A DNA stretch of 64,000 bases, taken from assembly GCF_009914755.1 (NCBI RefSeq), contig NC_060935.1, one strand, 5' to 3'. The translations under genes and the position numbers were made by a program. Numbering within the stretch: position 1 is the stretch's first letter; each line of letters begins with the position of its first letter. Below are positions 1 through 14,932 of the stretch, one piece after another. Source of the DNA: the human T2T-CHM13v2.0 reference genome, Homo sapiens. The notes beneath the pieces are model-generated. The model was given only the letters and a program-made list of their open reading frames with translations, was not told where the DNA came from and searched no databases.

Positions 1-1140
1 TATAGAAAAGTGACAAGAACAGTACAAACAACTCTCTCATATACCCTTCACCCAGAATCCCAAATTATTGACCTTTTACCATATTTGCTTTATTATTTTC
101 TATCTTTTTTGCTGAACTATTTGAGCATAAGTTACAGGCATGATGCCCCAGTGCCCTTGACTATTTCAGTGCATATTTTCTATAAACAAGGTCTCTATCT
201 TACAGAAGCATATGACAATCATCAAAATTAAGAAACAGTTTTCTTCATTTGTCTCAATTGTCACCTCTGTAGGAAAAGGCTCTACTGTCCTGCACTTAGT
301 TGTCCAGTCTCTATAGTCTCTCCTTCAATCTGGAACAGCTCTTTAATTTTCCTTGACTCTGATGACCTTCCAATTTTGAAGAGTACAGACTAGTTATTTT
401 GTATAACGTCCCTCGATTTGGGTTTGTCTGATGTCTCCTCATGATTAAATTCATGTTATGCACTTTTGGCAAGAGTAGCACAGCAATGATCCTATATTCT
501 AAGTGCATCCTACCAGGTGTCACTCCACTGTATGGTGGATTATGGTGACATCTGCCCGATTTCTCCACTGTAAAGTTAAGCTTTATCAGTTGCATGTGTA
601 CATATGTAGATATTTTGAGACTATATAAATAATCCTGTTCCTCATCAAACTTTTACCCATTTGTCTTAGCATCTATTATAATTCTTGCCTGAATCCATCA
701 TTATTATGATGGTTAACAAATGATAGTATTCCATTCCATCAGTCCTTCTACAGTTATTAGGTGGCATAGGAAGAACTTTCTCTTCTCCCCATTTATTCAT
801 TTGTTTCTTTATATCTGCATAGACTCATAGATTCCTATTTTGTTATAGTCCATTACTCTTATTATTTATTTTGTTGCTCTTAATATTGTACCTGATTTTG
901 CCAGTGGGATTCCCCTTCAAGCTGGCTTCTGTGTCTTTTTCATGTGTCTCCATCTTTCTTGGAACACTTTCTTATTTTCTGGCAAAATAAGATATTCCAG
1001 GCTCATCTTACAGTGTTGCTTCCCCGCCCTGGAATCAGATATCTTTCCCAGGAGTCCTGATTCCTTTTAGCAGAGAATAGTATTTAGATACAAAGATTTG
1101 GGGCACTTGGTGTGCTTCATTGCTACTGGGTTGTTGCTAT
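1..1140 (-). mobile_element. Old L1 (L1MC/L1MD-type) 3' region, antisense in PIWIL4 intron
   Basis: Opening 'agaaaagtgacaagaacagtaca...atacccttcacccag' resembles the reverse complement of old L1M 3' ends; boundaries approximate. Confidence 0.6.
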
Positions 1141-1483
1141 CCCCAGGCTTTCTCAATGGACATAGCTAGGAAATGTATGTTGCATGGCTCCTGTTATTCC
1201 CCGCATACCTGCTTACTTGTCCAGCCCCTGGTGTGGAACCAGTCTCACTCGGCTCCCATCTTCTCTCAGCCCATTGGGCCACTGCCTTGTTCTACCACTT
1301 TTCTTGCTTGGAGCCAAACTCATGAATTGGAAGGAAGGAAGGCCTCTAAGAGCCTTTTGCTGATAATTTAAAAATATTTTTCTTCACTTTATATAATTAA
1401 ATGTAAATAATTTTAGCTTTTGACATTGTGACTTTAAATAATTCTATAGGTGGAAAAATTACTTTGTTTTCTTCTGCTAATCA

Positions 1484-1951
<468 letters not shown>

Positions 1952-2491
1952 TCAACTTCAGCTTTTTTTTAAAAAAGTGTATTTTTGTGTCCTTTATTTT
2001 GGTTATCTTGTACCTAATGGGAAAAGCACCATAGTTTAAGCTAATTCTCAACTTTGGCTTATCTTTGGGTGGGGTCAGGGAGGGACCAATGGGAATGATA
2101 ACTCGAAAACCATAGGAAAGGATCACTGCAAAGTTGGGGGTGAGGGAGTGGAGATAGCTGGAGAAGCAGCTCTGTGAGAAGGGAATTTGAGGGAATTGAC
2201 AGAATCAAATCAGGAGAGAAATGAGGAGAAAGGAAAAGCCAAGGGAAATGGGTAGGAGTGGGTGGGGCTTTGCAGAGTGAATGGCTAATGAGAAGGCATT
2301 TCAAATGGATTGATTAATTCACCAGTGTTTTAATGGCCATTTAAGAGAACTGTAGGCATGTTAGTGTTGCTTCTTGGGAACTTAAGGGTAAAAGATGTTT
2401 GGAGAATAATTCATGAATTCATTTCTTTAAAAAGCAACTTCTTAGCAGAAGTAAATTAACTTCCAAAATCTTTTGCTGTTTTTGCTTTTAG

Positions 2492-2692
2492 GTAATGTGC
2501 ATTCTGCCTTCTAATCAGAAGACCTATTATGATTCCATTAAAAAATATTTGAGCTCAGACTGCCCAGTCCCAAGCCAATGTGTGCTTGCTCGGACCTTGA
2601 ATAAACAGGGCATGATGATGAGTATCGCCACCAAGATCGCTATGCAGATGACTTGCAAGCTCGGAGGCGAGCTGTGGGCTGTGGAAATACCT
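2492..2692 (+). CDS. PIWIL4: PIWIL4 coding exon (MID domain: [18 protein letters not shown]...[16 protein letters not shown])
   Basis: ttttag| acceptor at 2490-2491, |gtaagg donor at 2693; 201 nt, phase 0/0; Piwi MID motifs YDSIKK, PSQCV, KLGG. Confidence 0.96.
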
Positions 2693-3635
2693 GTAAGGAC
2701 CCTGTCACATTTTTTCTATTAGTAATTAATAAATTTATTTTAAAGATTAAAGTAGGAGATGTTATCACATGATCCCAGAATTATTTGGTTTGCTTGTTTC
2801 TTGAGCCTTTGCCCTGGGTTCTGGCATTCCATAAGCCATTGTGAATCTCCAAAAGAGGCTCCATACTTCTCAGGGAGCTTCAGTTAAGCTGCTAACTCAG
2901 CATAGGGACCTGATTTGAATCCTCTTGGCTGCTATTTTAAAATCTGTGTTCCATTGCCTCCACATTTACTTGCTTTCATCAGGGTGCTAACTCTGAGAAT
3001 AGCCTTGCACCCTGGATGGGGCCTCCCCAGAGCCTGGGGAGCTGGCATAGCCTATGACCTGAACCTCCAAACTGTGGTAGGTACTGAGAAAATCCTCTTC
3101 TCTTCCCTGAACTGTAGCCACCATGGGAGTAAGTGAGGAGAATGAGAAGTGAGGGAGTGTTGCCCATTTCCTTACATGTCCATAACCAGAATGAACATGG
3201 TTACCCTCAGCCTCCCTCTCTCCCACTCCCCACAAAGGTGCATAGCCAAGTGAGGATTCCTTAGAGATCTGAAGAATGAAGAATGGAATTCCTCTTCAGA
3301 TTGCTCCAGACCAGAGGCAAGCGATAGATACACTGACCACACTCCCAGAATCTCTTTAGCCACTGGTGCCCCTTCCCCACCCCACAAAGGATGATGGTTA
3401 TCTTGGACGGTAGTGTTTCTCTTAAGATAAGTGTGTACCATATTCTTCCTGCCTTCTTTAAGTCTCTCTCATTTCTGGTTTAATAATCTGGCTCACGGAT
3501 CTCAATCTCCCTTACACATAGCTTAACTTTAAGAATTCAGTAACTGGAGTCTGTTTTTAAAAACTTTCCTATTAAACCATTGGTAGGGGAAATGATACCT
3601 CATCCCATTAAATCATGACAAATTTAATTTTATAG

Positions 3636-3739
3636 TTAAAGTCCCTGATGGTGGTCGGTATTGATGTCTGTAAAGATGCACTCAGCAAGGACGTGATGGT
3701 TGTTGGATGCGTGGCCAGTGTTAACCCCAGAATCACCAG
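3636..3739 (+). CDS. PIWIL4: PIWIL4 coding exon ([35 protein letters not shown]; first catalytic Asp in GID at 3663-3665)
   Basis: tatag| acceptor, AG|gtactg donor; 104 nt, phase 0/2; translated by hand (absent from ORF track); continues frame of previous exon. Confidence 0.95.
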
Positions 3740-4074
3740 GTACTGCTAAAACTACCTGAACACATGCTTCATTTAGTTAGACTATTAATTGTGGTTTCAC
3801 TAAAGAATGTAACAGCAAGGAATATTTTGTATTATTCACTCATTTTAAACACCAACATTTAGGTTCATAAATTACACTTACATATAAAAATGTGATTGAT
3901 AATATTGGGGTACTATGTAGCCTCATTAAAAAATCTTTTATATATTCATTAGGGTGAGCTATTGCTCATCTTCCCCAAATGGTAGATGTGTACAAATTCT
4001 TGTGCATTTATTTATTTTCTGAGTGTCTGCACCATATTGGGAACTGAACTAGGTACTTTACATATATCATGTCG

Positions 4075-4300
4075 AGCAGTTGATCTTTGAAATCAGATTG
4101 CCTGGATTTATACCCTGGTCTGCCACTTACTTACTCTGTGACTGAGGTCTAGTTATTTAACTTTGCTGTGCCTCACTATGGTAATCTGTAAAATAGAAAT
4201 AATAATGATGACTATTTCATAAGGCATTTATGGGAATTATCTAAAATAAGGTGCATTGAACATCTCCACCCATAGTAAATACTCAATACATACTTCTTGT
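4075..4300 (+). mobile_element. MIR
   Basis: MIR core 'ctgccacttact...ttaactt...cctca...tctgtaaaat'. Confidence 0.7.
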
Positions 4301-6582
4301 TATGATTATTAATATTTGCAGACATTTGACGTGGCTGTTGTTCAGACAGCTATTAAAAACAGGCAAAATCAGGGATAATGCCTTAAACATTGGCTAATAG
4401 TACTCATTAAACTATGGGTCTTAGAATTGTTTCCACCTTTGTAATTGAACAATGTGTTTTGAGCCTATAGCAGCCCTTTGCAAAATGTTTTCTTCCTGGC
4501 TTAAGCTATTTTATTTACTCCATTAAATTCATGATCAGGTATGTATTTTGGATTGTGGGAAACAGAAAAAGGAACACCATAATAACACCATACTTGCATG
4601 CCTACAACTTCATTCCAGGTTGTATGAGATGCTTCTTATATATGCCACATCATTAATCAAGTTGATAAAGGACTTTCATTTTTTTCTTTGTATATCTAAA
4701 ATTTATTTTGATATAGGGAGTGAGGCAGGGATCCACTTTAGTTTTTTTCTGAAATGGTCACCATTTATCAGAAAATTTATTATAATTTTTATCAGTTTTG
4801 ATAATTGATGCATACATTATATATATTTTGAATGTACAGTGTGATGTTTTGATATATGTATACATTGTGAAATAATTACCACAGTCAAGGTAACTAACAT
4901 ATCCATTACCTCACATAGTTACCATTTGTGTGTGTGTGTGGTGAGACTACTTAAGATCTACTCTCTTAGCAAATTTCAACTATACAATAGTACATGATAA
5001 TTAACTATACTCAACATGCTGTACATTGTGTCCAAAACATATTCATCTTATAACTGAAAGTTTGTACCCTTCAAACAACATCAAATATTCCTATCCTCTG
5101 CCCCTGATAACTATCTTCTACTCTCTGTTTCTATGAGTTTGACATTCTTAGATACCACATATAAGTGATCGTACAGTATGTCTTTTTGTGTCTGGCTTAT
5201 TTTACGTAATATAATGTCCGTGGGTTCATTCATGTTGTTGCAAATGGCAGGATTTTCTTAAGGCTGAATAATATTCTATTGTGTGTGTGTGTATATCTCA
5301 CAATTTCTTTACCTAACCATCCATCAGTTGTCACAGGTTGATTCTATCTTGGCTATTGAACATGGGAATGTAGATATCTGACATACTGATTTCTTTTCCT
5401 TTGGATATATAGCCAGAGTGGGATTTCTGGATCATATAGTAGTTCTACTTGAAATTTTTTGAGGAACTTCTTTACTGGTTTCCATAATGGCTATGCTAAT
5501 TTACATTCCCACCAACAATGTATAAAGGTTCCCATTTTTCCACATTCTCCCTAATATTTATCTTCTGACTTTTTGGTCATAGCCATCCTACAGGTGTAAG
5601 GTGATATCTCATTGTGGTTTTGATTTGCATTTCCTTGATGATTAGTGATGTTGAGCACCTTTTCATGTATCTGTTGGCCATTTATATGTCATCTTTGGAA
5701 AAATGTCTATTTAATTGGATTTTTTTTCTATTGAATTGTATGGGTTCTTCATATATTTTGGATATCATCCCCGTATCAGATATGTGATTGCAAATGTTTT
5801 CTCCCATTATGTAAGTTGCTTTTCATTTTGTTAATTATTTCCTTTGCTATACAGAAACTTTTATTATATTGTTGTATTTTTGGTGTCATATTCAGAAAAT
5901 CATTGCCAAGATCAATGTCATGGAGCTTTATGTTTTCTTCTAGAAGTTTTGCAGTGTAAGATCTTTTGTTTAAGTCTTTAATCCATTTAGAGTTAATATT
6001 TGTATATGGTATAAGGGTCCAATTTCGTTTTTTTACATGTGAATATCTAGTTATTTCAACACCATTTATTGAAGAGACTTTCTTTATCCCATTGTGTATT
6101 GTTGGTGTTTTTGTCAAAGATTAGTTGACTGTATACGTGTGGATTTATTTCTGGGCGTCTTATCCCATTCCATTTGCGTATGTGTCAGTTTTTATGGCAG
6201 TATCAGGCTGTTTTGATTATTATGGCTTTGTAATATAATTTGAAATCAGGAAGTGTGATGCATCTAGCTATTGATTTGCATATGTTGAACCATCCATTCT
6301 TACATCCCAGGTATAAATCCCATTTTCTCATCATTTGTGAAACTTTTAATATACTGTTGAATTTAGTTTTTAGTATTTTGTTGAGGATTTTTACATTTAT
6401 GTTTATCAGGGCTTTCCTTTTTTTTCACATAGGCATTTATTGCCATAAACTTCCATCTTAAACTACTTTTGCTGCATCCCATAAGTTTTAGTATGTTGTG
6501 TTTCTATATTTCAATTTTGCAGTTTTCCTCCATTATTAATTCTAGTGTCATACTATGATGGTCAGACAATAGTAAGCTTGAT

Positions 6583-6984
6583 TGATATAGTTTGTTCAAA
6601 TATTGATATAGTTTGTCCCCTCCAAAAAATGTGATCCCCAATGTTGAAGGCAGGGCCTGGTGGGAGGTGTTTTGGTCATGGGGGTAGATTGCCCTCCCCA
6701 TGGTAATGAGTGAGTTCTTGTTCTGTTAGTTTGTGCAACAGCTGGCGGTTTAAAAGAGCCTGGCATGTCTCTTGATCTCTCTCTTTTGCTCCCTCTTTCA
6801 CCATGTGACACCCTGGCCCCCCTTTGCCTTTCATGATGATTATAAGCTTCCTGAGGCCCTCGCCAGAAGCAGATGCTGGCACTATGCTTTATGTACAGCT
6901 TGTAAGACCATGCGTCAAATAAACCTTTTTTTTAAATAAATTGCCCAGTCTAAAGTGTTTCTTTATAGCAATACAAAACTAACA
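6583..6984 (+). mobile_element. MST-family (MSTB-like) MaLR solo LTR nested in L1
   Basis: tgatatagtttg start, 'gcctggtgggaggtg', 'agaagcagatgctggc', aataaa, ...ctaaca end. Confidence 0.8.
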
Positions 6985-8830
6985 GATTGATATAATTTCA
7001 GTCTTCTTAAAGTTGTTAATACTGGCTATGATTTGTCTTGGAGAATGTTCCATGTGTGCTTGAGCAGAATATGTATTCTGCAGTTGTTGGCCGAAACATT
7101 TTATATATCAGATTCATTTGGTCTAAAGTATAATTCAAGTCCAATGTTTCCTTATTAATTTTCTGTCAGGATGATCTATCTGTTGTTAAAAGTGGAGTAC
7201 TGAAGCTCCCTACTATTATTGTATTGCTGTTTCTCTCTTCAGATGTTAATATTTGATTTATATATTTAGATGCTCAACTATTAGGTGCATACATACGTAA
7301 AATTGATGTATTCTCTTAATGAATTGATTCTTTTATCCTTATCCAACGACTTTGATTTTTGTGAGGTTTTTTTTTTTTTTTACAAAAGTCTATTTTGCCT
7401 AAGTTTAGCTACCCCTGCTCTCTATTGGTTTCCATTTGCATGGAATATTTTTTCTATCCTTTTACTTTCAATCTATGTGTGTCCTTACAGCTGAAGTGAA
7501 TCTCTTTGTAGGTGGCATTTAGTTAGGTTTTCTTTTTTATCCATTTAGCTACACTGTGTCATTTGATTGGAGAATTTAATCCATTTACATTTAAAATATT
7601 GATAAGTGATGACTCACTATTGTGATTTTATTCATTGTTTTCTGGCTTTTTTGTAGATTGTTTCTTTATTCCTCTCTCTCTGTCTTCCTTTGTGATTTGA
7701 TGATTTTCTGCAATAGTATGCTTTACTCCTTTCTCTTTTTTGTTTTGAGTATCTACTATGGATTTTTGCTTCATAATTACCATGAGTCTTACATAAAACA
7801 TCTTATGGTTATAACAGTATATTTTAAGCTGATAACTTTATCACATACAAAAACTCCTCACTTTTACTTTCTCCCCTACATTTTATGTTTTAGATGTCAT
7901 GATTTGCATCTTCTTATATTGTGTATATATGCATTAATTATATTGTGTAGCTGTTTTTATTAATTGTATTGTTATTTTCTTATGTAGCTATATTTTAAAA
8001 TACTTTGATCTTTTATCCCTACAACTAGAGTTATAAGTAGTTTATAAACAACTATTACAGTATTAGAGTATTTTGAATTTGATGATATACTTACCTATAT
8101 TAGTGAGTTTTATGCTTTTATATGTTTTTATGTTACTTATTACATCCTTTCATTTCAGCTTGAAGAACTCCCTTTGTTATTTCTTATATGGCAGGTCTAA
8201 TGGTGATGAACTTCCTCAGTTTGTTGTTTGAAAACTTCTTTATCTCTTTTTCATTTCTGAAGGACAGCTTTTCAAGGAAAAGTATTCTTGATAGATCAGT
8301 AGTTTTTTCTTTCAAAACTTGGAATATATCATCTCATTCTCCTGGCCTGTAAGGTTTCTGCTGAGAAATCTGCTGATAGCCTATGAGGGTTCCTTTGTAT
8401 GTAATAAGCCTCTCTTCTTGCTGCTTTCAACATTCTCTGTCTTTGATTTTTGACAGTTTGATTGTAATATGTCTTGGTGAATTCTTCTTTGGGTTGAACC
8501 TGCTTCAGAACTTTTGAGCTACGTGTACCTGGATGTTCCTATCTCTTTCCAGACTCAAGAACATTTTAGCCATTATTTCTTGAAATAAGCTTTCCACCTA
8601 TCTCTGTTCTCCTTTTGAAACTTTCGTAATGCAAATGTTAGCCCTCTTTATGGTATCCCAAAAACTCCATAGGCTTTCTTCCATCCTTTTATTTTTTCTC
8701 CTTTGTGTATTTTCAAATGACCTATCTTCAAATTCACAGATTCTTCTACCTGATCAAGTCTGCTATTGATATTTTCTATTGCTTTTATTTAATTGTATTC
8801 TTCAGCTCCAGAATTTCTGCTTGGTTCTTT

Positions 8831-9110
8831 GAGATGGAGTCTCACACTCACCCAGGGCTGGAGTGCAGTGGCACAATCTTGGCTCTCTGCAACCTCCGCC
8901 TCCTGGGTTCAAGTGATTCTCCTGCCTCAGCCTCCCAAGTAGCTGAGATTATAGGCACCTGCCACAATGTCCAGCTAATTTTTTTTATTTTTAGTAGAGA
9001 GGGGGTTTCACTGTGTTGGTCAGGCTAGTCTCAAACTCCTAACCTCCTGATCCACCTGCCTCAGCCTCCCAAAGTGCTGGGATTATAGGTGTGAACCACC
9101 AGGCCCAGCT
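8831..9110 (-). mobile_element. Alu (AluS-type) with almost no A tail
   Basis: Alu body; TSD tgcttggttcttt at 8818-8830 and 9111-9123. Confidence 0.93.
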
Positions 9111-9331
9111 TGCTTGGTTCTTTTTTAATTATTTCTGTCTCTATATTGAAGTTATTGTTTTGTTTCTGTATTTTTTTTTTAATGTCATTGAGTGGTCTGT
9201 CTGCATTCCCTTGTAGCTTGCTGAGCTTCCTTAAACAATTATTTTGAATCCTTTCTCAGGCAATTCACAAATCTCCATTTCTTTGAGGTCAATTACTGGA
9301 ATATTATTGTGTTCCCTTGGTTGTGTCATAG

Positions 9332-9657
<326 letters not shown>

Positions 9658-10689
9658 AGTTCCTGATTTTTCATGTTTCTTGAAGTTTTGCATTGCTGTC
9701 TTTGCATTTGAAGAATCAGTCATTTCTTCCAGTCTTTATTGGCTATCTTTGGGAGAGAAAAACCTTTAACAGTCAGCCCAGCTAGGGATTCTGAGGCTCT
9801 CTTACACGTTTTCTATTCATGTGCCCACTCCACACTTCTGGTTCTCACTTGGTGGGGGGATCCTTAAAATTGCATGCACTTTCTCAATCCCACAAAGCCA
9901 GGCCAGCTGTCAAGAGGCTCTCATCTGTTTTCCCTAGGGTGGTGCCCTGAAATGCTCATTTTGTGTACCTTCTCCAAATCCTGAAGAGTCAAGCTATCTG
10001 TTTGTGTGAAATGCTTGCACTCAACATCTGAACAAATGTGGTTGGGGAGCCAGCCTGGTCAGGGGTGGTGGTGAGATACATGTAGCATTTGGGGTGCCTG
10101 TGAGTCAGTTGAGGTGCTCCATAGGCAAGGTATCCTAAGAAACCCACAGGAGGGCCTCTTGATGAAGCTCATAGAGCAGTCAGTAGGGTTTGCAGCCACT
10201 CTTTCCTGCCCCCAGACTCTCCTAACCTCCCAGCTGTGCTGATAATCTTGTTGTTCTGGTTGAGGCAAGAAAAAAGTGGGCATCCTAGGCAGTATCCTGA
10301 ATGGGTGAGGGAGCTGGGTACTCACTCACTACACTCTAATTTTCACCCTGTAAGAGAAATCATGGGCTGATGTGATCTGTCATGGCACTGAGCTGTGCCC
10401 TCCGTAGGGGAGGAGCAATGCAGGTAAAGTGAATCTCTTTGTGTTACCCTCTTTAATGCATCCATTCTCTGATGTTTTACTCCAGTGATGTGCTGGAACG
10501 TCACCATTGGAGTTAGTCTCATCCATGGGTAATTGTCAAAATTGATGCTTCTGGAAGGGAAATGATGGTAGAAAGCTCCTATTCTTCCACCTTGCTAATA
10601 TCACTCAGGACTTCTAGTTTGTTGGCAGCATTCCTAATTGTGTTCTGTTTTTTTTGTTTTGTTGTTGTTTTTTACAAAAAAACAAAATG

Positions 10690-10850
10690 TTTAGAGATGG
10701 GGTCTTGCTTTGTTGCCCAGGCTGGAGTGCAGTGGCTATTCACAGGCACAGTGATAGCACAATACAGCCTTGAACTCATGGGCTCAAGCAGTCCTCCTAC
10801 CTCAGCCTCCCAAGTAGCTGTGACTATAGGCACGTGCCACCACATGTAGC
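10690..10850 (-). mobile_element. FAM (fossil Alu monomer, 7SL-derived)
   Basis: Single monomer retaining the 7SL segment 'gtggctattcacaggc' that dimeric Alus lack. Confidence 0.8.
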
Positions 10851-11119
10851 TGTATTACTGTTGTTGCATATATTTAGAGAGGTATAATAATGCTGGAACA
10901 TACCTAACACAAAGTCATGATCTTCATTTCCAAGTGCTTTAAGTTAATTAATGGTGGTAGTAAGAGAACTTGTTTCTGAAATCTACACAATAATGTTAAG
11001 ATTTCTAATCCAAAAGGATCACCTATAGAAATGAAAGTTTATGCTTCAGAAATCTTTGAATATTTTGACAGTAGAAGCTCTATTGCTAAATTAGTACATT
11101 AATTTATAACAATAATAGT

Positions 11120-11340
11120 GGCCTCTATTACTCTTTACTATATGCAAAGTACTATGCTAAATATTTTACAAATATCATGTGATTTAATTTTTACCACAAC
11201 CCTATGAGGTAGTAACTAATCTACTTACCTTGTAAATCTCCTTGGTACAGATGAGGAAACTGAGACTTAGGTTCACATAGCAAAGTTACACAGCTGGTGA
11301 GTATATTGACTAGGATTTGAAGCTCGATATGGCTGATGCC
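11120..11340 (-). mobile_element. MIR
   Basis: 'acaaccctatgaggtag...acagatgaggaaactgag'. Confidence 0.75.
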
Positions 11341-11541
11341 AACACTATGTTTAGCTTCTGTTCTCAATAAATTCTTTTTGGGTAAAGGGTCTCTTTGATA
11401 TAATTGTGAACACATAACACATACAAAATTGCGAACATTGATTTTTACTCATAATCTCTGTTTCTTAATTTAATATTAATGAATATTTATGGTAGAAAAA
11501 TTGAAGTTGAATTTTACTTTTATTTTTTTTTTTAACTTTAG

Positions 11542-11612
11542 GTGGTTTTCCCGCTGTATCCTTCAGAGAACAATGACTGATGTTGCAGATTGCTTGAAAG
11601 TTTTCATGACTG
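11542..11612 (+). CDS. PIWIL4: PIWIL4 coding exon ([23 protein letters not shown])
   Basis: Polypyrimidine tract + tttag| acceptor, G|gtacta donor; 71 nt, phase 2/1 matches neighbours. Confidence 0.95.
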
Positions 11613-12921
11613 GTACTAAAAATATAGCAATGTGGGTGGGCTCCAAGGACTGTTCCTTCAGACCTCAAATCCACATGCTTATAGAAGACCACATAGGTCA
11701 GAGCAAACTCTCTACACCTGTCTTTGTCAACTGTCACCCAGTTGAAGATCTCTGAAGCTGCATGCCGATTTAGGCCAACAATCAGACTATGTAGCATTTA
11801 CATTTACATTTGTCTGTGTGTGATAACATGAAGCCAGAAGGAAGGAAAATTTGTGGCTGCTGGTTTCCCTGACAAGCAGTTTGAAGGTCAAAAGAAACCA
11901 ACCCTGGAGGAACTCGAGTTATGACAGAGCAATGTTAAGTGTAGACCTAGGAGGGAAGCCTATAGGGCTAGGATAGGGGTGCTAACAGATAAAGTGGCAA
12001 AGCAAGAGAAGAAGGGAAAGACAGCAGATGAGGAAAGGTGCCCTATCCATAGCAGGATGCAATGCAAAGACAAATCTAAGGTTTCTGTTTCTTCACCACT
12101 CCTGGCCTAGGTCTGGCTTTGCTATTTCCTAGCAGTGTGACTTGTACAAACCCTTCCCTCTCCTGATCTGCATTTTCCCATCTGTAAATTTGGGAGTATT
12201 GTAAATATTTTTTCTTAAAAAATGAATTTGCTTATACATGTTGGTAATGGACTTATATATATATGATTACCTTCTATCAAACTAAAATGAATTTCCTAAA
12301 CAATAAACTCTTAAAATAACTATGCAATATATACATGAAAATAATTATTGCATTCTATTATATTCCCCTCACATCGAAACCTGGTAAATTTTTTTAGCAG
12401 GTAATTTTTTTTTTAGCAGTTATTAAAGGTTTTCGTTGGGTAGCAGTTACTCTATGGTCCCTGTTCTTTAGGAAATTCATAGTTACAGTGAGTAGAAATG
12501 TTTTCAGAGTTCATTCCCTCAGTGAGAATTGGAATCAATTGGGTGAGTCAGTGTGAAGATATGTTTTCAGAGGAACAGCAAAGCCATTTCCTTAGATTTT
12601 CATATTTATTCTCATTAGGAAGGAAAATGACATAAAATTAGTTTATATCTAATTAGAGGATTTAAAGACTTGAAGACGCTAATATTTGATTTTAGGCATT
12701 TGTCTATTGCATTTTTAATTTATTGCTTAAATATTAAAATTTTATTTAAAGAGATAGGCCAAGTTTAAGAATATATCATGCCATAGAAACCATTGTGATT
12801 CCTTGAATAGCAGAGACAGAGGAATGCTCCCTAAAGTTATCCATTGTTATATTCTTGCAAATATAACCCAAATTATGTATTGCCCTATTTTACAGTGGTC
12901 TGAAATAGCAAACCCATTTAA

Positions 12922-13257
<336 letters not shown>

Positions 13258-14806
13258 TAAGTTTTGCTGTGTTTCTGCATCATGCCAGTAGAGCTCTATC
13301 ATTTCCTTCAGATTGGAGGGTAGTTGGGATGGTCTAACATAAATAGCTTGGGTGGTATAAGCTTTGGGGGCCCTGGGAGGGGAAACCTAGACAAAGAAAG
13401 GTACCCTCAGAGCAGCTGACACAGATTCAGCATGAAGCCTGCAGGGCTGCTGGCAGTGAAAATACTTCATACATATTAATATCACATGGAAGAAAACAAA
13501 CCGTGATTTCAAATTCAAGGCCCTAATACACACAGAACCAAAGCCTCTGAGTTGCAGGCACTGATGTGCACTTAAGGTCTATGGAAGGTTCTCAAAGGGT
13601 TTGAGTGCCATGAAAGCTGAGCTGCAGATGGAAATCAGACCATCCTGAACACCAGGCTTCTTGCTCCACTGTTGTCTGTGTTTCAGTACAAAATTTTCTG
13701 CAGTGATTATGTGAAATGGCAAGTTCAAGAAAATGTTGGAAATGGAAAATAGGAGAGGACAATAATCTTAAGTCAGCTTCTTAAAATATTTGGAAAGCAT
13801 CTTATTCCAAGCAGGACACATAGCCCTATCTGTAGGGTTACCTCATCATCATCACCATCAACCAAAGGGTCACAGCCACAAGTCACAAAGGAGCTGAGTC
13901 TTGACCTCAGTCGGTTATTGTTAGAGTGGAGGGGAAGCCTGAAAGTTTGGTGGCAGTATCATCTGCAGCTTTATCCCAACTGTTAGGGCCAAAATACTTT
14001 GCTCTCCACTGATCTCAGGTGCATGTGTTTATTAAGAATCACAGGTATGCAACTGAGGGATGCAGGAGTAAATTTAGCAGCTGACAGTGCTAAGGAGTTA
14101 CTTTTCTTGCACTATAACATCAACTTTTGATAGTTTCAATATTGAAAACGTTCGTGATAAATTTTAAAAATAATTATAATGCTTAAAATGAAACTCCGCA
14201 GTGATCCTTACATCCCAGAGGATGTAAGGATGCCTTTTGTAATGACAGATATTAGGATTTCGCCTTGGCTTTACCAAATACATTAACACTTCACCATTCA
14301 GCATTTGGCCAGAACATATATTTGGTCCATCCATCCATCCACCCAGGCATGAGTTTTGTGTAATACAGAAGGGATGACAAGAGGAATAGGAAGAACTTGT
14401 GGTTCTTCCTTTGCTACTTGGAAATAAAATTGAGAGGAAGAGCGAAGGGGAAAATAGGTTGAGTCACTAATCACACACACACACATCTTGTCTCCATGGA
14501 TAATTCTGGAAAATCTTTCGCAAAAGTGCCAGTTGAAGTTCAGCATTCCTTCCTGCCCCCTTTGAGTGGTATAAACTAGGCAAATGACTTGGGATAGCAT
14601 CCTTTTGCAACAAATACGGACAATCCCTAATTTAAAAAATTGTATGTATCTCTAGGGAAGGAGGGATTGTAGGTAATTTTTATTTTCTGTTTTGCAGTGT
14701 TTTTCAAATGGAATTTTTATTTATTTCATTTTTTAAATTACACAAAAATAGAAAGCTATATAGATTGGATTGAGTTCTTTTCATATTTTGCCTCTCTAAT
14801 TTTTAG

Positions 14807-14932
14807 CTCAAGACTGTCGGTGATTGTGGTCAGGAAGAAGTGCATGCCACGATTCTTTACCGAAATGAACCGCACTGTACAGAACCCCCCACTTGGCACT
14901 GTTGTGGATTCAGAAGCAACACGTAACGAATG
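14807..14932 (+). CDS. PIWIL4: PIWIL4 coding exon ([17 protein letters not shown]...[17 protein letters not shown])
   Basis: ttttag| acceptor; ends at TG|gcaagt (GC donor); 126 nt, phase 2/2; PIWI motif NPPLGTVVD. Confidence 0.93.

Noticed and set aside
2693-2722. ORF-track extensions beyond the PIWIL4 exons (also 11489-11755, 12934-13260, 14697-14806)
   Set aside because: Intronic read-through past clear splice sites; PIWI similarity stops at the junctions
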